From: a virus
Lineage: Duplodnaviria > Caudoviricetes
Reading direction: 5' to 3' (one strand)
Virus record (IMG/VR): IMGVR_UViG_3300021400_001324
Span: 13,830-77,829 of that record
Length of the DNA stretch: 64,000 nucleotides
Translations under genes and position numbers: made by a program
The notes under the pieces: generated by a model
Databases searched by the model: none
Told to the model about the DNA's origin: nothing
The model's input: the letters and a program-made list of their open reading frames with translations, nothing else
Part shown: positions 34,258-43,545 of the stretch, in pieces
Position numbering within the stretch: the stretch's first letter is position 1
Layout of the letters: each line of letters starts with the position of its first letter

Positions 34258-34512
34258 CCCGTGTTTTAATCCCTTCACACTATTTTGTCGGTGGATAGTG
34301 TGGAGGGATTTTTTATTTTGATTTATTAAACCTAAACGTACCCAAATTTATAAGTAGACCAAACTAGCCCTAAGTGTAAATAAACTAGCCCTAGGTGTAT
34401 GACATACGTATTTTGTGGCAGGTTAACCTGGGACTGACCTGTCACTATGTATGTGATACACATTTGTATTACAACATACATTAGTGTCCCAGACCATAAA
34501 AAAATTATTATT

Positions 34513-35094
34513 ATGGTAGAACAAGAGGTAAATGCGTTGGTTTCCTTGTATGGAAACGATTGGCAGGAGAAACAAAAGGACGCGTCCGCTATGTCGTCAA
34601 CATCGTCTAAGCGGACTCCAGGTGGTGGTCTCAGAGATGGGGATCACCTCGTCTTTTTCGAGGAGTTTTCCATTATGGAGGACTCCTTCATGAACGGAAA
34701 GACTCCTCAACCGTATGAGTCTTTCCCCGTTTTCAAGAACGGAAATGCCGCCAAATTATCCGTTGGCGCATTAGCGAATGTCGGTTATAGCTGCTTCTTG
34801 GCGGACTCCGAAGAGGAGGTCGCGAAGGCTATTGCAGCTCGCGACGCAGGCGAGAATATTACTGACAACGGGGTTAGCGGTAACGTTGGCTCTGTAGTTG
34901 AGGACTGGCAGGCTGCTGGAACTCAGCAACAGGCCATTGAAGCCGTTGCAGGCGGCTCGGCAGTTGTAAAACTCGCAGGCTACTATGCCTGCAGTTGGGA
35001 TGCAGAACCTCGTAAGAGGTGGTCTATCGATTGGGTAGAAGATGAGCCCAAGCCTGCACCCAAGCCTGCACCCAGAAACCGTCGTGGCAAATAA
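34513..35094 (+). CDS. Early hypothetical protein (paralogue of 33171)
   Basis: LVSLYGNDWQEKQK...PKPAPKPAPRNRRGK; start trimmed to MVEQEV. Confidence 0.8.
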   Translation: MVEQEVNALVSLYGNDWQEKQKDASAMSSTSSKRTPGGGLRDGDHLVFFEEFSIMEDSFMNGKTPQPYESFPVFKNGNAAKLSVGALANVGYSCFLADSEEEVAKAIAARDAGENITDNGVSGNVGSVVEDWQAAGTQQQAIEAVAGGSAVVKLAGYYACSWDAEPRKRWSIDWVEDEPKPAPKPAPRNRRGK

Positions 35095-35603
35095 TCTGAA
35101 TGGTTACTTTGCTAGGTAAGTTTAAGAGGGGCTTCGTCTGGATGGACGGAGTCCCTTTTAAGATTGCTAAAGGTCGCGTGGATCCAGCTGATGAGGGCAG
35201 AACTCTCGCCCTCTTATGCCTACATTCAACTATTGGGTATTTAGTTATCAGGTATCTGGTAGTTGAATAACCATAACAACTAACCTACATTTTTCAAATT
35301 TTCGAGGGTTAGTTATGAATAAGAGAAAATTTTGTTTCCAAAGTCGGTACAGGGACTAAGGAGTAAAAACAGAAAGAAGTCCCAAGTGGATGAGCGCTCT
35401 GTACGCTGTACGATCAATTCAAGATGTAGCACTGAAGTGAGTAAGTGTGATGAATTTGTATCGGTAAAACTATGGCAACATAGTAGATGTGATCCTTGCA
35501 GCAAGGACGTGAGAAGGATAGAGAAGATCACTTATGCTCCAACTCTCTATCTACGTGATAATGGACATCGCTTCTACGAGAGCATCGTGTTAAGGAAGCT
35601 TTT

Positions 35604-35677
35604 GGTCTTGTGGCGCAATTGGTCAGCGCGTCTGTCTTATACACAGTAGGTTGTAGGTTCAAGTCCTACCAAGACCA
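35604..35677 (+). tRNA. tRNA-Ile(UAU)
   Basis: GGTCTTG/CAAGACC acceptor, GCGC D stem, loop CT-TAT-AC, GTAGG-TTCAAGT-CCTAC. Confidence 0.88.
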
Positions 35678-35706
35678 CTTTTTATCAACCTTTAAACTTC
35701 AAAATT

Positions 35707-35988
35707 ATGCAGGAAATAACTCTAGTAACACCGACTTTTGGAGCAATCAATGTTGTACCAAAATTTCTTGATTACGATCCGAATACATTAATTATTGGGG
35801 ATAAGGTAATGAACCTTGAACCGATATTACCGGATGATATCAATTTATCAGAATTAGATGACTTTCATATCATTATCTGGGATGGCATGCATGCAAAAAT
35901 CGAAGTAGTGATCAATCCAAATACTTATGTAGGCGAATTTGATGTTATGCCAGGAAATTATCAACGCCAGTTTGTTAATCCAATTTAA
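35707..35988 (+). CDS. Hypothetical protein
   Basis: 93-aa ORF followed by a hairpin terminator. Confidence 0.7.
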   Translation: MQEITLVTPTFGAINVVPKFLDYDPNTLIIGDKVMNLEPILPDDINLSELDDFHIIIWDGMHAKIEVVINPNTYVGEFDVMPGNYQRQFVNPI

Positions 35989-36000
35989 CTTTAACACCTT

Positions 36001-36028
36001 GCCCAGTGGTGTGAACTGGGCATTTTTT
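36001..36028 (+). terminator. Hairpin plus T tract
   Basis: GCCCAGT-GGTGTGA-ACTGGGC-ATTTTTT. Confidence 0.65.
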
Positions 36029-36054
36029 CTATTAACCTTTAACAACAACAGAAA

Positions 36055-36375
36055 ATGATTATTTCAGAAAACTTAAATACTCACAAGATTATAATATCTT
36101 GTGAAGAAGATCTGCTGACTTTACATTACTTTGTAGAATTAGCAGATAAATATCTGTCCGCAATGAGTTTCCCAAATCCAACTTCTTTATACAAAGAAGA
36201 AGACATCGTAATGGGGGAAAAAGCTTATAAATTCATACCAAAAATCGTTTCAGTAAATGGACTCGCAGGATACGTTGTCCTTGAAGATGGTACAATTCGT
36301 TGTACTAACAAAGCATCTTCTTGGATAGCACAATTTGATGAATGCTTTGAATCAGAAATGTATTTCATCCCTTAA
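36055..36375 (+). CDS. Hypothetical protein
   Basis: 106-aa ORF. Confidence 0.7.
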   Translation: MIISENLNTHKIIISCEEDLLTLHYFVELADKYLSAMSFPNPTSLYKEEDIVMGEKAYKFIPKIVSVNGLAGYVVLEDGTIRCTNKASSWIAQFDECFESEMYFIP

Positions 36376-36679
36376 ACAGCTTGCCGAGTGCTGTGAACTC
36401 GGCATTTATGTATTTTTTATTTAGTTAAAGGTTGGCCTCAACCTTGGCGGGAATCAAGATTCATTATATAGTGAATCTCCTTGCCTAAATTAAGTGGCAT
36501 AACCTTGTCGGTTGAATTTTGGAATAAAACCGTCTTACTCGTCACCGTGATCCCTATTGACGTACGAGGACATTAAAAGCTAGGGTGACCCGATATAAGT
36601 ATTAGAGTGTCGGAATTGTTAGTGGTAGACCTCACTAAAAGTGACTTAAACAACAATATCATTTGATATTGGAGGGAGA

Positions 36680-37385
36680 AAAGTATCTAGTTTCCTGGGT
36701 TTCTAAATGGAAAGGATACTCCCTTGTTTAAGTTGCCGTACGCGTTTGTCAGTAGCGCATTTTAAATAACTGTCATTTAAAAATTATGTGTGTAGTAAGT
36801 CGAAACCCAGGTAGTAGAAGGTACTAAGAAGATTCCTAATCCTATTAACTTGATAGGTAGTTATGCTGTGTATGATCGCTCAATAACATCGGCGGTCTAC
36901 TTCGGAACTTTGAGTTTGTTGCAGCATCTCAGAGTTCAGCATAATTAGTCTGCGATCGCTGCAACGATCGTAAGACGAAGCGTTCCCCACTAGGTGGAGA
37001 GAAGTCTCTGCATCGCGACTAGTGGGATACTGCGATCCCGAGAGCAGTATAAAGAAGACGGATGTCCGAGTGATCCACGCGAGGACGTAATGTACGGTGG
37101 ACAAAGGATGCAGCGCCAAGGGCATCTACAGTTCCGTGATTGGGCTAGTCGGAACATTTTTAAACATTCTTCACGAGTTGGAGAATGTCTCTAATGCAGC
37201 CATTCTTCGGAATGAGAGTCACAAGCCTCTATAAATTGCAGAGTGGAGAAAGAGAGATAAAACAGGACTAAGCTACGAAGGGTTCGACACCCACTAGTGA
37301 ATATCGTTATGCAGATATCTATAGCACTGTCTGTATAAAATAGCTATTAGGATATCCCTGGATTCGGAGAAATCTCTCTCTTTTA
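36680..37385 (+). ncRNA. Candidate large structured ncRNA
   Basis: No credible ORF; GC-rich; stems CCTGGGTTTC/GAAACCCAGG, CCCACTAG/CTAGTGGG, GCGATCG/CGATCGT, AGAGAGAT/ATCTCTCT. Confidence 0.45.
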
Positions 37386-38177
37386 AACAAATTTAATAGT
37401 GCTGAAAGACCGAGGCAAGTGTAAGATGGAATAGGGCTTACGAATGGTTCAAACAGAAGCAAGAGAACAGTCAGCACGGTTTAGGTAGAAGGTACCTGTA
37501 TGTTCCTAACCCTGTTAGTATAAGTTGTATTAGCAGGTATAAGTTCTGAATATCTGACAGGACGGATTTGTGCAGAAATAGTCAAGAACGCACCATAAAC
37601 ATTACTTGACTAACCAACCTAAAGAAAATTAATTAGGTCGTAGTATTCTACGTTTGGTTGGTTTTGGGAGTTTATAAACCCATGTAAAACCTATTTTTTT
37701 ATTTAATGGTGCTGAAAGAGTAAGACAAGAGAACAGTCAGCACGGTTTAAAAAAACTCAATAACTTCCCAAGTCGTTGAGGGCACCAGTTTCTTATCTAA
37801 TTAAAACGTGATAGGTGGATTAAGTAGGCAACTACGGTTGTGCGAACCATTATCAGACAGTCTTTAGATAAGTTTTAGGTGTAAAACGCGTATATGAAAC
37901 ATTCATTAGTACTAGAGCCTTCCCTAATAAGGAAGAGCGTGTGAGAGATGAATGTGGATAAGTCGAGTAGCTTAAGTCTCACCTCGATCATCTTTTTTAG
38001 TTTTGCTTGTTTTCTACAAATAAGCTACCAGGAGGCCTCGTCAAAGGCAACAAACTGGAAAGACTGCATGCGAAGCAAGAAAGGTTGACTGCCTATTATT
38101 GAAGCCCCTAAATTGCAGCACGATACAGGGTTTGTAAGGTTACCGTATCATTTTTGTAAACTTTAAAAAGTCAATAT

Positions 38178-38372
38178 ATGAGAAAACTTTTATTCGTAAG
38201 CAGCATGAGCTGCTTAATGGCAAGCCAGATTGTATTCTGGTTTGTTGCTGTCCTAAATATGTTAGTAAGACAGCCTTACGATACACCGCTTTGCATAAGT
38301 GGTGTATTTGCGATTCTAACTGTTGTATTAGGATTAATAAGTCAAATAAATAATCCTAGTATAAAAAAATAA
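38178..38372 (+). CDS. Small two-TM membrane protein
   Basis: Two hydrophobic helices. Confidence 0.65.
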   Translation: MRKLLFVSSMSCLMASQIVFWFVAVLNMLVRQPYDTPLCISGVFAILTVVLGLISQINNPSIKK

Positions 38373-38392
38373 TACCGAAGATAGAATTTTTC

Positions 38393-38641
38393 ATGACAAA
38401 AAAGAAATGGCGTAAAAAAGAATTCAAGAGATTGGTATCTCTTGGATGGCCACGATATGTAGCTTCAAGAATAGTTAGAGGTAAAACTTTAGCTTCCCTA
38501 GGTTACAAAAACTTGGATGATCTTACATTAGATCGTCAAACGTACTACAATAGTGAATTTAACACTATTGTCTATATTTTTCAAGATGAAACTTGGAAAC
38601 AAGTAGAGGCTACAAAACCTTTACATTATTATTACGATTAA
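38393..38641 (+). CDS. Hypothetical basic protein
   Basis: 82-aa ORF. Confidence 0.6.
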   Translation: MTKKKWRKKEFKRLVSLGWPRYVASRIVRGKTLASLGYKNLDDLTLDRQTYYNSEFNTIVYIFQDETWKQVEATKPLHYYYD

Positions 38642-38658
38642 CTTTTAAATTAAACAAT

Positions 38659-39102
38659 ATGACACCGAACATTAAGAAAACTGAAGCAGGAGTATCTGTA
38701 CAAATTGTGCTCCCGTTCCGTGAGGGGAATAGTGTTCCCAAGCTGAGAGAGGCACCAAAATATCAGTGCCTCAAAGACAATAAGGAAGCACTGATCAGAG
38801 CTGTTAAGGCACGCATGCAAGCATGTTACGATAGCCTTGTAGAAGGAATGGATAACATCGTTTATAATGATGGTATGTCTATTCACTACAAAGTTGATGG
38901 AAGTTATTCTTACTTTAATCTTCCAAGCTGGGAGGTTATGGAGAAGCTTCTCAAAGCACTTGAGGAAGATGCTTACTATAACTGGGACATTCCAATGTAT
39001 GAGCAACTTCTCAAATCAGTTGTTCTGCATTTTGATGCTACTTACAAGAACTATGATAAGATGGTTTGTTATTTAATTAACCATCTTGCGGTTCAAGGTT
39101 GA
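38659..39102 (+). CDS. Hypothetical protein
   Basis: Start trimmed to MTPNIKK. Confidence 0.7.
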   Translation: MTPNIKKTEAGVSVQIVLPFREGNSVPKLREAPKYQCLKDNKEALIRAVKARMQACYDSLVEGMDNIVYNDGMSIHYKVDGSYSYFNLPSWEVMEKLLKALEEDAYYNWDIPMYEQLLKSVVLHFDATYKNYDKMVCYLINHLAVQG

Positions 39103-39425
39103 AATCCCTGGCTCGTTAAGAGCCAAAATCTCTGACAAGTCTAGACCTTCACGTGGGTCAGAGGTCGCATTAGCGCATACTAGACATTGCTCTTTTATCT
39201 TTTCTATGCTGCGAAGAATAGTAACAGCCGCTTAAGTAAAAGGTTGAATTGCCAGATATAAATAACTGGAACCCATAAATAGAGAGATTCGTTCAACTTC
39301 AGAATTGAATGTTATGCCTATAGCGAATTAGAATTTTTCATTTTGAAATAATTTTAGATTAATCATTGAAAGAATCTCTCTATTTTTCTTACCTTAAATA
39401 AATCCTGGGTAAGCAGGTAAATACT

Positions 39426-39695
39426 ATGCGTAAGTATAGCCGTATTAACAAAAATCGCAAGTCGGGTATTAACCGCTCCAACCTCCGTATGAAAAAGGAA
39501 CGCAAAGTTCGTGCTTTTTCATTTGCGGGTGTCAAATTAGACATCCGACTGAACAACCGTGGTGGCATCGTAGATGTTCAGCCACGTGTTGGCGATCTTT
39601 TCAATAAGATCGCAGGTCGTCAATGGGGGTTGTCAGATGTTAAGAACATCCTTCGTGATGAGTGTATCGAATTTGCTAACTCAAATAAAGAGTAA
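39426..39695 (+). CDS. Basic hypothetical protein
   Basis: Arg/Lys-rich N-terminus. Confidence 0.7.
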   Translation: MRKYSRINKNRKSGINRSNLRMKKERKVRAFSFAGVKLDIRLNNRGGIVDVQPRVGDLFNKIAGRQWGLSDVKNILRDECIEFANSNKE

Positions 39696-39700
39696 CAACT

Positions 39701-40063
39701 ATGGCACGAGTTGATTACAGCAAGTTTGATTACAAACAGGCCTGTGCTAAATTCAATATGGTGCGTATGCACTATATTGGAAAGGCAGTACAGAAGGCAG
39801 AAATCAAACAAGCCATTCTTACTTCAGGTTTAGGATGGCATTCTATCCTATTAACGATCTTAATTAATCACAAATGTGTGATTAAAGAAGGTCGTGGTCG
39901 TGCTTGTAAGTTGTTCTTCACAAAAGAACCACTCCACTTTACACAGCTCTACGATGCTCACAAAGAGTATCTGAGAGTTAGAAGAGAAATGAAGAAAGAA
40001 GCTAAACCTGTTCAAAAGGAAACTAAGAAGATTTCCTATTGGACATCAACCACGACTTGGTGA
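39701..40063 (+). CDS. Hypothetical protein (possible winged-helix DNA binder)
   Basis: 120-aa basic ORF. Confidence 0.65.
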   Translation: MARVDYSKFDYKQACAKFNMVRMHYIGKAVQKAEIKQAILTSGLGWHSILLTILINHKCVIKEGRGRACKLFFTKEPLHFTQLYDAHKEYLRVRREMKKEAKPVQKETKKISYWTSTTTW

Positions 40064-40227
40064 TGAACAAGGACCTTTTAAAGGTAATTGGAGGGCTTGC
40101 TTTTATAGTAAGCCTTCCAGTTACTATCATTCTAATTGCAGCTCCTAATAAAATTTGGGAGGCGATTATTCCATCTCTAATAATACTAGCGAGTTCTTTT
40201 TACGTTTTCTTAATAAAAAAAGATTAA
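40063..40227 (+). CDS. Small two-TM membrane protein
   Basis: MNKDLLKVIGGLAFIVSLPV... Confidence 0.6.
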   Translation: MNKDLLKVIGGLAFIVSLPVTIILIAAPNKIWEAIIPSLIILASSFYVFLIKKD

Positions 40228-40229
40228 TT

Positions 40230-40505
40230 ATGAATTATTATATTATGATTTTGTCATCAGACGATAAGTATGATGAAATGGCAGATGAGATACTGAAACT
40301 GTTTGGTACATTGCACATTTTTTTGCGCAATGATATCAAGACAATCGAGATCAAGAATCACGAACTAGATCAGTCTATCTATGAAAAGCTGACTGAGATC
40401 ACAAGGGATCTTGACGCAACAGCGTTCATGTTTAAAGCTGATCCTAACCAGCTTGAAGAAATGTGTACTTCAGAAGTTGAAACAATTCCGACTCTCAGTT
40501 GGTGA
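40230..40505 (+). CDS. Hypothetical protein
   Basis: Start trimmed to MNYYIM. Confidence 0.65.
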   Translation: MNYYIMILSSDDKYDEMADEILKLFGTLHIFLRNDIKTIEIKNHELDQSIYEKLTEITRDLDATAFMFKADPNQLEEMCTSEVETIPTLSW

Positions 40506-40647
40506 TGGAAACGTTCATCTTCTGGCTTTGTGAACAGCCGTCTTGGAGTATTCCTCTGATTCTTATCGGAGGAATGCTTCTTTCTGCTTGTATTATTACA
40601 AGTATCGCTGACTTAATAGAATTTTATAGATTTAAAAACTTTAAGAA

Positions 40648-40908
40648 ATGAAGTACCATATCAAATTCAATGGTGGTAATGATGAAATGCTCATCATTAG
40701 TGATGAAGCATTTTACGGTTTCATCCGTGTAGCCGTTCAGCACAATCGTGATGTTACAGATTTCCACGTAAAAGCGTATCGTAATGAAATTCCATTGTAT
40801 AAGACTGAATACAACGGACAAGTTCACTACTACACGTTTGAAGACTTTATGAAGTTCTTCGCGTATGAAGGAGGACAGTATCCTGACTTAAAAATGAAAA
40901 TTGTATGA
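40648..40908 (+). CDS. Hypothetical protein
   Basis: 86-aa ORF. Confidence 0.7.
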   Translation: MKYHIKFNGGNDEMLIISDEAFYGFIRVAVQHNRDVTDFHVKAYRNEIPLYKTEYNGQVHYYTFEDFMKFFAYEGGQYPDLKMKIV

Positions 40909-41303
40909 ACTGTAAAGTTTGCGGATCAGAAATAGACCACGAAACATACAGTTGTGGTCCACAAATGATAGAACGTCAACTCTGCTTCACTTGTAATTTC
41001 TGGCGAGATCAGCTTGAAGCTGATAAGTTGCGTGGTGATTACAAGTGGGCAGTGATTGACGGTGGTCATTATGTCATTGCTTCCGAAAACGAAAAAACCA
41101 GATTCAGAGGTTTTGATGGACAAAAATTTATCATTATCTTTGAAGATGGAACTATTGTTAGAACTACTAATCTTTGGTTTCAGGGACATATCCCTGAAGA
41201 ATGGAAATCTCAATTTCCTGACAATGCTGTTTTTGCTGACAATCGAAAATGGCAAAAGATTGGAGATTGTGAGTATCTTGCTCCGTCTATCTCGACGACA
41301 TAG
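40905..41303 (+). CDS. Zn-ribbon-containing hypothetical protein
   Basis: CKVCG...LCFTCNFW, TTNLWFQGHIP. Confidence 0.75.
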   Translation: MNCKVCGSEIDHETYSCGPQMIERQLCFTCNFWRDQLEADKLRGDYKWAVIDGGHYVIASENEKTRFRGFDGQKFIIIFEDGTIVRTTNLWFQGHIPEEWKSQFPDNAVFADNRKWQKIGDCEYLAPSISTT

Positions 41304-41587
41304 AGAGGCTTTCGTAGGGCTGAAGTTACCATCCGTACAATGGTTAAACCTTACCTAGAAGCACAATAGGTATTGTGTGATGAGAGGGCACCTTCTTATC
41401 TGAAAGAAAATGGTGACGAGGCAGCTGACAATTTGCAATACGCAGCTGTGACATAGATCTGTTATAAGCCTCCAATCGTGAGCAGATTGTGCTACTTAAC
41501 AATCTATAATGAGTGTAACTTGCAAAACTCTGTAAAAACTTCCGCAAGTAGGTTGCCGACATCCCTAAGAGATAATTGTCGGTACAA

Positions 41588-41658
41588 TGAGATTTGGTGT
41601 AATGGCAGCACACAACATTTTGGATGTTGTAGTATAGGTTCGAATCCTGTAATCTCAA
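41588..41658 (+). tRNA. tRNA-Gln(UUG)
   Basis: TGAGATT/AATCTCA, CAACA-TT-TTG-GA-TGTTG, TTCGAAT loop. Confidence 0.9.
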
Positions 41659-41738
41659 CTCGTTTGTCATGATGTTTAAAGGTTAACGGCAGCTGTGCCT
41701 GCTGAACTCTGGGAAGATAGTAAGCTAAAACAGCACTC

Positions 41739-41811
41739 CGAGAATGTAGTGTAATCCGGTAACACGCCACATTTGGGATGTGGAAATGCCGTTCAAATCG
41801 GACATTCTCGA
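41739..41811 (+). tRNA. tRNA-Pro(UGG)
   Basis: CGAGAATG/CATTCTCG, CCACA-TT-TGG-GA-TGTGG, TTCAAAT loop. Confidence 0.88.
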
Positions 41812-41941
41812 CTTTATAGTCGATAAAACAGATTTGTTTGTGTGTCAGACCCATGTCTGATTGTTTTTGGGTTTTAATTACCGAAAGTATGTGAATATAA
41901 GTAGGTAATTTTTATTTGTTTAATCATTAAAACTCTATAAT

Positions 41942-42259
41942 ATGAATATGCAATTTATTCAAGAACGCATTAAAGAAATGACTGTTCCAGATCTTAAACT
42001 GGACATCACCTACGCAATCATTTATCCAACAATCGATAAGATCAAATTCTGTAATCGTTCTGAAATGATTGCAGAACTAGGCATTCTTAAAGATTGTGAT
42101 ATTGATCATATGGAAATTATTCTGGTAAATAAGCATATGTCAATAGAATCGGCATTACATATTGCCAGACACTTTGATTTGGAGTATGAAGTAATGTATG
42201 ACATTACTGCTAATGATATGACTCCTTATCAAGCACTTCAAGAGTGGGATATTATTTAA
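41942..42259 (+). CDS. Hypothetical protein
   Basis: 105-aa ORF. Confidence 0.7.
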   Translation: MNMQFIQERIKEMTVPDLKLDITYAIIYPTIDKIKFCNRSEMIAELGILKDCDIDHMEIILVNKHMSIESALHIARHFDLEYEVMYDITANDMTPYQALQEWDII

Positions 42260-42329
42260 TCCCACTCTTTTTTTAAATGAGAGATAATTTTATTTTGTAA
42301 TTTACATTTAAACTTATAACTTTGTAGAT

Positions 42330-43193
42330 ATGGTTAGTAAAAAATATTTCGCAGAGAAAGGTCTTACTAGTACATCAGCCAACTATTTAGCAAATGTAGG
42401 GCAAGAAGCCCTCACTGGGTACAAAACCACTTTAGACAATCTGAGATGGTACAACGAGACTATGATTCTTCTTTCATCTGGAAAGGAAGTTCCTATGGTA
42501 AATAGCAACACGCCAATTCTAGAAGAGATTAATGTCATTATCAATGAGATGAGCAAGATTAATGCCTTCTGCGCTTGGATACGTGAAGCCATTAAAGCTA
42601 AGGAAGTTCTTGAAGGAGAATTTCCTGATTTCGATGAGTGGAAATCAGATAAAGAAACAGTATCTTCACCTGCTCGTCCTCAACGTTTCACTGAAGCTGA
42701 TGTTGTAGCCGAGTTTGATGTTAAGAAGCTCAATGAATATCTCACTCTTGAAGCTTATGCAGCAACTCTCGGTAAATTGATTCATCAAGGTGGTTCAATT
42801 AGCACTGCACGCAAGCAATTGCATAACGTGCTAGAGACTCCCAACTCTGTTGAGAAGATGGATAGCGATGTCGTGATCACACGCTATACTCCGATTCTTA
42901 AAGCAGAGGAAGTTGATGATTGGTACATGCAACTTCAAAATAAATACCGTGAGGTAGAAAGACAACTTAATCAGATTAAATATCAGATTAAGGAAGAAGT
43001 TGCAGCCCGTAATCGCGTTGCTCAAACTCAATACAACGCCGAACTCAGAAAGTATAACGCAGAACAAGAGCAATTGTTTGCTGAATATCATACTGAGTCA
43101 GAGGCGTATCGTAATGAGATCTCTAAGTTGAAGATTATTGTTCCTCGAGAACTTGAGGAAACATTTAACTACTTACAATCTTTAGGTAAGTAA
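42330..43193 (+). CDS. Long coiled-coil protein (GLTSTSANYLAN family) followed by a structured RNA
   Basis: 287 aa; heptad-rich helices around a central beta-like insert. Confidence 0.85.
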   Translation: MVSKKYFAEKGLTSTSANYLANVGQEALTGYKTTLDNLRWYNETMILLSSGKEVPMVNSNTPILEEINVIINEMSKINAFCAWIREAIKAKEVLEGEFPDFDEWKSDKETVSSPARPQRFTEADVVAEFDVKKLNEYLTLEAYAATLGKLIHQGGSISTARKQLHNVLETPNSVEKMDSDVVITRYTPILKAEEVDDWYMQLQNKYREVERQLNQIKYQIKEEVAARNRVAQTQYNAELRKYNAEQEQLFAEYHTESEAYRNEISKLKIIVPRELEETFNYLQSLGK

Positions 43194-43196
43194 ACT

Positions 43197-43460
43197 GTAG
43201 GGATTTATAAACACTTACCTAAAGTAAATAGGTTCAAAGACTTGATTCTCATTGGAATCTAACTTTGATTTACAAGGATAAGAAAGAAGCGTCAATTAAA
43301 TAAATTATGAACATTCAAAGTTTAATTAACTTTGTTCCTTCATTGGGAAGGACTGGCGTTTCTATCGAAATTAAAGAACTCTCTGTCTTCGTCTTCGTTG
43401 ATAGAAACGGTCTTTGTCTAGGACTTAGACTTTGTTGTAGTTGTTTCTTTCTTATCTTTG
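43197..43460 (+). ncRNA. Candidate multi-branched ncRNA linked to the 42330 gene
   Basis: 18-bp stem CAAGGATAAGAAAGAAGC/GTTTCTTTCTTATCTTTG; CGTTTCTATCGA/TTGATAGAAACG; two hairpins containing CATTGG. Confidence 0.65.
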
Positions 43461-43471
43461 ACTATTTTTAA

Positions 43472-43545
43472 GCTTCTATGGTGAAACGGTTATCACGCTT
43501 GACTGTTAATCAAGTATTCTTGGTTCAAATCCAGGTGGAAGCGCA
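43472..43545 (+). tRNA. tRNA-Asn(GUU)
   Basis: GCTTCTA/TGGAAGC, CTTGA-CT-GTT-AA-TCAAG. Confidence 0.9.

Noticed and set aside
35180-35220. Hammerhead ribozyme at CTGATGAG
   Set aside because: The stem is followed by TCTTAT rather than the required GAAA; it is a simple hairpin
36880-37194. ORFs 36880..37125 and 36994..37194 as proteins
   Set aside because: They have atypical composition, overlap each other on opposite strands and lie in a heavily base-paired region
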